Shown here: piece after piece, positions 13,601 through 25,600 of the stretch
How the letters are laid out: every line of letters begins with the position of its first letter
Position numbering within the stretch: position 1 is the stretch's first letter
Assembly: GCA_024400455.1 (NCBI GenBank)
Contig: JAKSMU010000010.1
Coordinates: 9,209 to 73,208 of the forward strand
Origin: Bacteroidales bacterium
GTDB lineage: Bacteria; Bacteroidota; Bacteroidia; Bacteroidales; F082
Direction: 5' to 3'
DNA length: 64,000 nt
The notes under the pieces: model-generated
Databases searched by the model: none
Told to the model about the DNA's origin: nothing
What the model saw: only the letters and a program-made list of their open reading frames with translations
Made by a program: the position numbers and the translations under genes

Positions 13601-16600
13601 TTTTCAACGGCAACCACGCTGTTATCACCGGCATCGATGAGGGCTGAGTTTTCAGTCAAGGTGTAATCGCCATTGACAGGAGCCAAGAAGCAAGGATATT
13701 CGTAGGCCTGAGAAGTGCCTGTGTTATCGGCAGCCAAAGCCACCACTTCGTCTTCATAACCTTCAAGGCCATGCTCAACGGCGCAGTTGTTGAAACTGCA
13801 GTTCTCTGCCAAGCGTGAGGCTTCGAAGTGGGCGCAGAGGTCGCTGTAGTTGCGGTTGCCCCAAACAACTGTGTTGTGGAACACACCGCCACTGATTGGA
13901 TAAACGTTACTGCCTCTGTTGTTCGATTTGTTGTTATTGATGTTGCAGTTGATGAACTGGTCGTTGTTGCCAAGGCTGTGACCAACGATAGCCAAAGCAT
14001 TGTTATGGTCAATCTGGCAATCGTGGAAGGTGTTGGCATATTGCGAACCGTTTTTACGCTTGTTGAGTGCTACGGCATTGTTGAATGCCAGACGGCAATG
14101 GCGCATCACGGTAAAGTCGGCATAGAGTTGCGCCTCGCTGAGGTTGTCTTCCTCTGGCAGTTCCACGCGGACCTGGTTATAAGTGAAGTTCGTATGGTTC
14201 ACCGAGCCGCCATAGAGGGCAATCTTACCGATGTTATGGTTGAAGTCGCAAGCCTCCATCGTAGCGTTGACAGCATACAGGTAACTGTTCACCATAGAGG
14301 TATTCGTGCTGACATATTCGGTGGTGTCGTAAGCGATGACGACATGGTCGAGGGTGCCGCCAAACACGCTCAGCGTCGTGCCCTTCATCGCATTGCTGAT
14401 GCCGCTGTTGTGTTCTGGGTCACGGACGATGCGGTTGTTCTCGAAACTGATGTTTCTCAAGGTGGTGTTGGCCAAGATGGCTGCACCAGCACCGTTGAGG
14501 TGGTTCAGGTTGTACGACATGTCGTTGCTCACAGGATGAACGAGAATGGCACCGTTATAGTCGTAGAAGCTGCCTTCGTTCATATAGCCGTTGCGGATGA
14601 CGAAACCATCCCAAACGGCGGCATCCTCTTCGGCAAATGGTTCGTTCTGATAAAGGACGCGCTGAGATGCCATACCATCAAGGAAGGTTGGATGGGCTGC
14701 AGGATCGCGTTGGTCGAGCGAAGTCTCGTTGCCGGCAAAGCCGCCATAGACTTCAACACCAGCCACCACATTGAAGGCGCTGTGATTGCCATTGCCGTCA
14801 CCCGTATAAGACCCTTCCTTCACCCAGACCTGGGCGGCAGGCGTTGTGGTGTTGGCATGTGCAACAGCATATTGCAGATCCGAAGTGGCATTGGCCCATG
14901 ACGAGCCATCGCCTTCGCCGTCTTGTGCCACATAAATCACGCCATCGGTTGGTGTCACGCTGATGTGCGAGGCTTCCGTTGAAGCAATGGCGCCGAGGTC
15001 GTTGCCTTCAGTGCCTTGCTTGTGGCAGATGGAATTGAGGCCTAAGCTCCAATCCACATCGTCGATGCTGATGAGATGACCGACATTTGGAGTCGGATTG
15101 ACAAAATCAGGAACGAAATTGCCTGAGTTCCCAAGCACGATATTGCCCACGCCATTGTACATGGCGTTTTCGATGGCGCAATAATTGATTTCGGATGCCA
15201 AATCCTTGGCGATGAAATCATGAGTATAGATGGCTTGTTCGTTACCCCAGACAATGGAGTTCTGCATGACTGAGTTACGCAACGAAATCAAGGCATGCTT
15301 CGGCTGACGCAAGTGGTTGACATCGTCGTCTTCCATGTTAAGGAAGAGATCGGCATTCACCGTGTAGGTGTAATCGGTGCGGTTGTTCACGAAATCGCAA
15401 TGGTCGATGAGCACATTGTTGATTGCGTTCAGTACGGCACCATAGTTCTTGCCTTCACCGCCGCCGCTATAGTTTCGCGTGCAGGTATTGTTATAGAACA
15501 AGGTGTAACGGACAGTAGCGTCTTCAGCTCTTACGAGGGCATAGTTGCAACTGTTGTTGTGGACCAGGCAAGAATCGAGGATTGCGCCTTCGTTAAGTCG
15601 TACCAGAATCTTGCTGCCGTTGTCGCTGAAGCCAGAGAAATCGCAACGCAACAGACGGCCGTTAGCAATGGTAGGAGTATTTGAAGTGCAGTTTTCCAAA
15701 GTCAGATAGACATCCACAGTCATTTGCTTTCCGCCTTCGAAAGTGATGCCTTCCCAAAGAGTCCTCGAATCTTCAGTGCAAGGATAACTTGACGATTTCG
15801 CCAAGAGCGCACGGTTCGTGCTACCGCTCAAGATGGTCGGATGGGCTTCCGGATCGCGTTCGCTGATGTAGGTTTCATTGCCAGCAAATCCGCCATGGAC
15901 CTCAACGCCGCCAACATAGTAGAAGTCGGCCGTGCCTGAAGTAGCGCCGTGATAAGTACCTCCGGCCACCCAGACTTGCTTTCTGCTGTAACCGCTTTGT
16001 TGCGAGATGTTATTTAATAAGGTGTTCAGATTGTCGGAAGCATTGGCCCATGACGAACCGTCCTTGGTGCCCGCACCCGTTGTGGTGACATACCAAATTG
16101 AAGAATTCATCGTCACATGGGCAACGACCAAACTATCGCAATCGGCAGCATAAGACCATTGGTGTGTGTATGTTCCTGGTTCGGTAATGTATGAGCCGTA
16201 GAAATTGTAAAGAACGCCATACTCTAGATTCAAGTCCTTGATTTCGAGTTGCGTGCAGTATTGTTCGTAAGCGCCAGGCTCGATGGTGCCGTCCATGATA
16301 CGGTCGCGGCCAGCCAAATCCTTTTCAGGCAGACCCGTAACCGAATTGTTGCCCATGCCAACCACGCTCGATTCGTTCTGCAACTGATAGATGCCAGCTT
16401 CAGGAGCCAGGAAACGGACATAGTACTTTGTCACGTCATCGCCATCATTGTCGGCTTCAAGATTGATATTGCCTGTGCCTCCACCCGTATAGCCCTGGAT
16501 AGCGCAATAGGTGAATGTGCCACCCGAATTGTAATACTGGTTCGGCGTTTCGCCCTTCTTGTTACCCCAAATGATGAGGTTGGCCAAGGTGTAACCTGAG

Positions 16601-19600
16601 CCACTGCTATAATTATACAAGCCACCGTAATTATTGGTTGCCGTATTGTTGGCAATCGTAGTATTTATGGCATCAGAATAATAGAGATAGACACCGCCTG
16701 CTTGAGAAGCTCTGTTGCCTGTCAACTCGCAGTTGATGAGTTTAGAATAATTGAGATAGGCACCACCACCATAATTGCCATTCGATATATTGTCCTTAAT
16801 CTTACAATTCGTCAAAGTGAGATATTGGCCACAAACACCAGCGCCGGAACCCGAAGTAGTATTATTGGTGATTTCGCAATTAGTCAAGGTGTTATGAATG
16901 CCGGAAGCACCCGCGACATAAATGCCAGCGCCTTCATAGTAGCCATTAACCACATTATTTGTCACGACACAATTTCTCAAATGCGAATAGCTGCGCATAT
17001 AAACACCTGCGCCATAGCCCTGACAATAACCGTTACGGATGGTGAAGCCGTCCCATGTGGCAGAAGTGCTGCTGGTGAAATTACTATTCTGGCAAAGCAC
17101 ACGGCGAGCTTCATCACCATCGAGGATGGTCATGTTCGTAATGAAATCACGATCATTCAGATTGAAGTCGGCCGATTCGGTTCCAGCAAAGCCGCCATAA
17201 ACGTTCACGCCCGGAACCATAGTGAATGCATCCTGCGACTGTGAGCCGTAATAGGTGCCCTTGGCCACCCAAACTGTTGCCACAGGATTCATAGTAGCGG
17301 CAAAATTGACAGCCATTTGCAAGTCGCCAGTGGCATCGGTCCACGAAGAGCCATTACCCATACCTTCAAGTTTCACATAAATGATATTGTTGGCATCGGC
17401 AACGATATCGAAAGCCGACTCGTAAGGCGATTCGTAAGGACCCATATCGGCAGTACCTTGCTGCACACGGGCATTGCCTGCCAAATCCTTTTCAGGCATG
17501 TTTTCAAAAGCACCACCTTTATTGATCAAGATGGAACTGCTCGTCAAATTCCAATCGCCATCTTCAGGAGCGACGAAACATGGGCTTGCGAAATTGCCAA
17601 GATTTTCTGATGCGAGGGCGACATTGCCGACACCACTATAGCCACCTTCAACAGCACTGTAGCTGACATCGACATGTTCACTTGCATAAATCGAAGAAAC
17701 GCTTTCGCCCTTCACATTGCCCCAAACCACCGAGTTACGCACAACATTTTCGGAAGTATAATTAAAGTAGATGCCGCCACCATTATTATTGGCTGCATTG
17801 TCATAAATGCCGCAATGAATCAATTTCGTATTTGAGCCGACATAAACGCCGCCGCCATAATAGCGGGCCGTATTACCGGCAATCAAGCAGTTGGTCAACG
17901 TTGCGTAATAGTTCGAATAAACGCCACCGCCATGGTAGCCTTCATTATCGATGATCTTACAGTTGGTCAGCTTGGCATCGCCATCTGAAGAGCCATAAAG
18001 ATAAACGCCACCACCGTAATTGTTTCCAGAACTAACGTTGCCACTGATAATGCAATTCCGCAATTCGGCATTTGCTCTGAGATAAGCGCCAGCGCCATAT
18101 AAACTTCCAGCGCCATTGGTGAGAGTAAAGCCGTCCCACAGAGCAGCATTTTGAGCAGTATAATCCGTACGCTGATAAAGAACACGTTGCACATTTTGAC
18201 CATCAAGTATGGAAGCATGGTTCACAAAGTCACGCTGCGAGAGGTCGTAGTTGTAGGCTTCATCACCAACGAAGCTACCATAAACCGCAATGCCCGAAGG
18301 AATGGTGAAAGCATTGCCATTTTCAACGCCATTGCCCTGATAGGTGCCTTGCGCCACCCACACCGTTGCCTTTTGGGCGAAAGTGCCGGCACGATTGGCT
18401 GCCAACTGCAGATAAGGCGTTGCATTAGCCCACGAGGAGCCATCCTGGGCGCCAGCACCATTTGGGGTGACATAAAGGATGTTATGTTCGTCGGGAGACA
18501 AAATCACAGCATTGTAAGGCGACTCAAAAGCACCGACATCAATGGCACCTTGCTGCACACGGACATTGCCAGCCAAATCGGTTTCAGGCAGCGTCAGGCC
18601 CGAAGTCGTGCCTTGGTTGATGCACGCCGAAGCCATGGTCAGACTCCAATCGCCACCAGTAAATTCAGCGCCAACACCTTCCGAGGGGTTCGCGAAACAT
18701 GGGTTAAGGCCGCCGCCTTCGTTTTCATCGTCCAAAGCGATGTTACCCGTTCCGTCATAACCGCCTTGAATAGCGCAGAAAGTAGCCGTTGGCGTTCCCG
18801 AAATATAGTACTGGTCGAACGCCTCGCCTTTCCTATTGCCCCAAACAATGGAGTTGGTCAGATAAGTATAATAAGCACTCACATAAATGCCAGCGCCGGA
18901 ATTTGAGTTCGTTCCCGTAACAAGGTTGTTCACGACATTGGAACTGATCAGTTTGGAATAATTGCCGACATAGGCACCGCCAGCACAATTCGAAGCCGTA
19001 TTGTTGGCCACATTACAGCCTACCAATTCAGAATTGTAATAGGCATAAGCGCCACCGCCCTGATATGCATTGTTGTTCTCAAAGCGGCAGTTCACGAATC
19101 TATGAGGCGAACTGCTGGAATAACCGTATGAATAAAAGCCACCGCCATAACCATTCGTATAGTTACCGGTCACAACGCATCGCTCCATCACAGTCTGATA
19201 GTTGGACGGGCAATAAACACCACCGCCGTATGAATAGGAATACGATCTGCTCTCGGCACCATTATCATGGATGAAACAATCCAACATATTGCCACCCTTG
19301 GCATAGACACCGCCACCGTATGTGTAATAGGAACTCGAGCCTATATGACCGATATAGTTGCCATAAATCTCGCAGTTTTCAAGACGACCTTTTTGCATAA
19401 ACACGCCGGCACCGTATGATGCGGCTTGTGCCAAAATCGTGTCATTTCTGATGATGCAGTTCTTCAAGGCACCGTTGTCCATCAGATAGGCACCTGCACC
19501 ATAGCTGTCGGCGGTCAGATGGCCGTTTTCAATCGTGAAGCCGTTCCAGACCGATGACTTATCATTGGCAAACGAAACAGCTTGCATCAATACGCGCTGG

Positions 19601-22600
19601 ACATTTTGACCGTCAAGAATAGTGACATGCTGGCCATATTGGCGTTGCTGCCAGTTTTCGGTATAAGCTTCCGTTCCTTCAAAGCCGCCATACACATTCA
19701 CGCCTGGCTGCATGATGAAAGCGGAGCCATTCACAGCGCCATCACCAAAGTAACGGCCTTCCTTGACCCAAATCATCGGAATTGGGCTCATGCCCGAAGC
19801 CTCGGAAACAGCATAATTAAGGTTATCGCAAGCATTATCCCACGACGAACCGTCTTTCTGGCCTGCGCCCTCAACCGTGACATAAATGATATTGTGACCA
19901 TCAGGCTGGAGACCGGAACCCTGTGTATATTCCGATTCGTAGCAACCTAAATCAATGATTCCTTGCTGTACACGACTGTTGCCGGCCAAATCAACATCCG
20001 GCAAAGTAACCGACAGATTTTGGGTTGTACCCTTGTTGACCAAGGCAGAACCCGACTGAACCGTCCAATCGCCATCGCTGTAGGCAGCACCCGCACCTTC
20101 GGTAGGCGAGGTGAAATACGGCGAAGTGAAATCACCCGTATTGGCAGCACCCAGCACGACATTGCCCGTGCCACTCCAGCCACCTTGGATAGCCGAATAA
20201 GTAATGGCCGGCAGATAACCACTAGCACAAGTCACATTGCTAATAGCGCCAGAACATTCATTGCCCCAAACCACGCAGTTCTTCAAACTGACATCGCTAC
20301 TTGATACATATAATCCACCGCCAAAGCTGCTGGCATTGGTGACTAAATTATTTACGATATCGCAGTTAGTAAGATAACTGACACTGTTGAAATAGACGCC
20401 GCCACCCGCATGCTTTGAAGTGTTGTTGCTGACAAGGCAGTTGGTCATGTAAGTGTATGAACTTGCAAACACGCCACCACCGCGCTTGCTTGAAGAATTT
20501 GTTCCCGAACCAGCAATATTGTTGCTGATGGTGCAATTGGTCAGCTTGGTATAACACGAAGCATAGACACCGCCGCCATCGTAATCAATGGATTCGTTTC
20601 CAACGATTTCGCAATACGTAATCATGGCCGGATTGCTTTGCGAAGCTCCATAAGCATACACGCCGCCGCCATATTCTTTTGCTGTATTGTTCCGAACCGT
20701 ACTGTTCGATATCGATGAATAATAAAGATACACACCGCCGCCACAGCCATAATACGAATCAACATTATTGTTATCATGGATGTCGCAATATTGGGCTGAA
20801 GCATTATCCAGATAGGCACCTGCGCCATTGCAGGTTACATACCAGGTTCCCGAGCCGCCCCATGTAATGTCATTTTCATAAATCTCGCAATGGCTCAAAC
20901 TTCCTTTTGTGACATACACGCCAGCACCATACGAAGTGCCATTGTTACTTGATATGCCAACAATGTTGTTGTTACGGATAACGCAATTCTGCAATGTGAC
21001 TTTGTTACGGATATAAGCACCCGCACCATAACCTTGATTCAGGCGTCCCCTTTCGATGACCAAACCATCTACGTATGTCACTTGACTGAAATCGCCTTCT
21101 TGATAAAGGACACGTTGGACATCCTGACCATCCAAAACAGTGAGGTTATCGGTCAGATTACGTTGAGAAAGATCATAGTTCCAAGCTTCATTGCCGACGA
21201 AACCGCCATACACACTGACACCATCCTGCAAGATGAAGGCATTACTTCCGCTTACGCCATTGCCGGCATAGGTACCGGCAGCCATCCACACTACTGGACG
21301 TGGCGAAATTCTGCATGCCACCATGAGTGCCGAATTCAAGTCGTTGGTTGCGTTAGCCCATGAGGAGCCGTTGCCCGTTCCCGTTGTCGTGACATAGATG
21401 ATGTTGTGCTCATCAGGAGCAATATTGAACTGTGAGCCGAAAGATGATTCGTAGGCACCCATATCAATGCCATTCTGCTGAACACGGTCGTTGCCTGCCA
21501 AATCGCTTGCCGGTATCGTGACATTCTGAACCGGGTAGATGCCAAAGTCAAGCATTGGCGAATCGGCAGTGAGCGTCCAGTCGCCACCCGAATAGTCAAT
21601 TCCAGCGCCTTCCGTCGGAGAAGCGAAACACGGACTCGTTCCTGTCCCGACATTGCTGGCCGACAGATTGATATTGCCTAAACCAGTAAAGCCTCCTTCA
21701 ATGGCGCTGTACGACACCATAACATTAGATGTATTATAGATATTACTCGGTGTGGTTCCATACCTATTTCCCCAAACAATGCTGTTGGTAACATAGCAAT
21801 TGCTGTTAGTAGGATACACTCCCACGCCATAACTGTTGGCTGCTTTATTGTTAACAATCGTGCTATTGGTAATATAGGTATTGTATCCAGAATAGATAGC
21901 ACTATATGATCTTGAATAGTTGTTGTTCACCAAACAGTTGGTAATATACAGATAGCCATCCGCATCTATTGCAGAACCATATTGTGCTTGGTTGCCCTCG
22001 AAAATGCAATTCGTAACATTCGTATAATAGCTAGTGTTATTTTTGAAGATACCGCCACCATAGTATGAATCATTCCCCTTAAAGACGCAGCCCGTGACTT
22101 CCACCGCGTTGATGGCAAACAAGCCACCACCGTATGAGTAGCCGTTGGTATAGGAAGCTGATTTGTTATCGTGGATATTGCAATTACGTATGGTGCCATA
22201 ATTTGCATATATGCCACCACCTCTGGAATAGGAATAATAGCCCGAGGTGTTGAGCCAAGCATAGTTGCCATACACTTCGCAGCCATCCAAAGTTCCGTAA
22301 TTCATAAAAACGCCAGCACCGTACGTATTACCCGAGTAAACAATCGTATCATGGCGGATAACGCAATTCCTCAAGGTGCCATTCTTACGAATATAGGCAC
22401 CTGCACCATATTCGCTTGAGTTCAAGCGGCCTTTCTCAAGAGTAAAGCCATCCCAAACGGTTGCCATATCTTCAGAATAAGCTTCGCTCTGATAGAGCAC
22501 ACGCTGCACATTCTGACCGTCGAGGATGGTAGCGTTGTTTTCGAAATCACGTTGAGACAGGTCGTAGTTGTAAGCCTCGTTTCCGGCAAAGCCGCCATAC

Positions 22601-25600
22601 ACATTGACACCTTTCACCATGGTAAAGGCGTTGTGGCCGGAAATGCTGTCGCCTACGTAAGTACCCTTAGCCACCCAAATGACGGGCTTAACCGTCATGT
22701 CGGCAGCTTCGGTCAAAACATTAGTAAGTCCGGCAGCGGCATCAGCCCATGAAGAGCCGTTTCTAATACCAGCGCCCGTCGTCGTCACATAAATGATATT
22801 GTGTTCGTCAGGGCCAATTTCCGAACCCATGCAAGGCGATTCGTAGGAACCGACATCAATCTTTCCACGCCGGATACGGTCGTTGCCAGCCAAATCCCTT
22901 TCAGGCAGCGTTCCGTAAATGTCGCTTTCCGTTCCCTTATTAATTAAGGCTGAGAATTCGAGCAAGGTCCAGTCGCCATCAGTGAAATCAGCGCCAGCAC
23001 CTTCCGTCGGATTGGCAAACCTCACATAATTCAGCAGTTCGTTGGAGCCCGCATTCTCCGACTCAAGAGCGATGTTCCTATTGCCCGAATAGCCGCCTTC
23101 CACAGCGCAATAATTGAGCGTCGGGCTATAGCTTCCCAAAATATTCGATGCAGTCGAAATGACCTTGTTGCCCCAAACGACCGTATTACGCAATTGCACT
23201 GTCGAAGTACCCGGATATACGCCTGCACCTGTGTATCCGCCATCCGTAATCAAGTTATTGACGACATCGCAGTTGGTCATATAGGTTGAGCCACTTGCAT
23301 ACAAGCCGCCACCACTTTGCACCGATGTATTGTTATTGATCAAGCAACCGACAAAGTAGTTGTAACCATTAGAATAAACGCCACCAGCTCTTTGACCTGC
23401 CTTATTGTTGGCAATAACGCAATTGGTAAGTCTTGAATAATAGGCATAAACACCGCCACCATAATTTTCTGCTTCATTTGAAGTGAATGAGCAATTCGTG
23501 ATGGTTTTGTATAAATAGCCGCTCGCATTTGCTGAAAAGCCACCACCATATTGCGCACTATTGTCGTGAACGTCACAACAATTCAGCGTTGCTTCTGACT
23601 GCACGAAAATGCCACCGCCATTAGTAGCATAGTTGCCGTAAACCTGACAGCTATCAACAGTGCTGCCGCTATCGCAGAAGATACCACCGCCATAGCCCAT
23701 ATTCGAACCAGAAACCACAGTATCGTTTCGAACAATGCAATGGCGAAGCGTTGCGTAGCTCCCGATACATGCGCCAGCGCCTTTTTCAGCATGCCGACCA
23801 TTCTCAATTACGAAACCATCCCAAAGGGTTGCCGTCGCCTCGCTGAATCCAATTCGCTGATTCAACACACGCTGCACATTCTGACCATCAAGAATAGTCT
23901 GATTGTTTTCAAGGTCACGCAAGCGGAGGTCGTAATCGTATGGTTCATTACCAATGAAACCGCCATACACATTCACTCCCTCAACCATCGTGAAGGCATC
24001 GTTAACTGCATTGCCGTCACCAGTATAGGTACCGGCAGCGACCCACACCATCGGTTTCACCGTCATAAAGCTAGCTTCATCAAGGACTGCATTCAAGTTG
24101 CCCGAAGCATTCTCCCACGAAGAGCCATTACGAGTTCCCGCTCCAGTTACGGTGACATAGAAGATGCCATGCTCGTCAGGAGTCAGGTCGTTCGACTCAT
24201 ACGGTGATTCATAGGCGCCGATATCAATCTTTCCATTTTGCAAACGGTCGTTTCCGGCAAGGTCGGTGGTCGGAAATGTGAAGTTTTCAATCTCATAGAC
24301 ACCTTTGTTAATTAATGCAGAGCCTTCTTGAATAGTCCAATCGCCATTGGCAGGATCAACAAACTTCGGATACAAGGCGTTCTCGTCATCGCCATCGTTC
24401 AGCGAATTCAAATTGACGATTCGAGTCCCTTCATAACCGCCTTCCACAGCGCAGTAGTTGGCCACGAACTTGCAGCCTGCTATGCTGCTAAATTCTCCAT
24501 TAGCCTTGTTGCCCCAAACGACCGTATTATATAAATAATTCCTATTATCCCAATTGCCGCTAATGCCCGCACCATATATTTCTGTTCCCGTCAAAATGTT
24601 ATTGACGATGTTGCAATTGATGACCTTTCCAGCATAGTTATAGACATAGAGACCTCCGCCATAGAGATAGTTTCCATTCCCGATGTTGTCGGCAATCACA
24701 CTATTCACGATGCAGCTAGCTGAGTAATCACTCGAACCCGGATAATAATAAACGCCAGCGCCATACACCGAATAGCCCTCTGCCGTATTATGATGGATAT
24801 TACAGTCGTAAATTGAAACGTTATAGGAGGAATACAAGCCAGCGCCTTTGGCCAATCCGTCAGCGGTATTGATTCTGTTATCATGAATCACACATTGCTT
24901 AATCGAACCGTTGTCGGCGTATACGCCAGCGCCCTCGGCTTCTCCTGCGACACTGATATAGTTGCCATAGACCTCGCAGTTCTCAAGTGTGGCGCCGTAC
25001 ATATACACACCTGCACCAGCACTGAAAGTGATGCTACGGTCTCCCCTATCTCCCTTGGTGTTTGCCATTCTCTCTGCATTGCCGCGGAAAGCAGCCATTT
25101 CCGGTTCCGGATTGACATTGCCTTCAATCACAATGCTATCATTTCTGATAATGCAGTTGCGGAGTCTACCATTATCATTCAGCAAGGCACCAGCACCGTA
25201 TGGATCGGAGGTCAAGCGGCCTCTTTCGATAGTGAATCCGTCCCACACCGTCACAATCCTAAAGTTGTCAGGCTGGCACAACACACGTTGGGCATTCTGA
25301 CCATCAAGCACCGAGGCATGTAGGGCAAAGTCACGTGAAGCCAAATCGTAATCGGCAGATTCATTGCCTGCAAAACCGCCATACACATCCACTTCCTCGA
25401 CCATCACAAAAGCACTGTTGCCTTGGATGCCATCACCATGATAGGTTCCTTGGGCAACCCAAACAGAAGGAACAGAATTCATCTGCGAAGCAGCCATCAC
25501 CACGGCATTTAAGTCGTCGGCTGCATTATCCCACGAAGAACCGTTTTTGCTTCCCGCACCTGTTGGAGTGACATAAATGATGTTGTTTTCGTCAGGGGTA

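Noticed and set aside
1720-14901. Many long plus-strand ORFs inside the giant gene, for example 1720-3345 (541 aa), 3658-5244 (528 aa), 8995-10092, 10120-11169 and 13828-14901.
   Set aside because: They are antisense shadows of the 28-kb minus-strand frame. Their translations are low-complexity and rich in V, D, A, G, H and R, with no motifs, signal peptides or promoter boxes. The minus-strand frame carries coherent repeated domain motifs.
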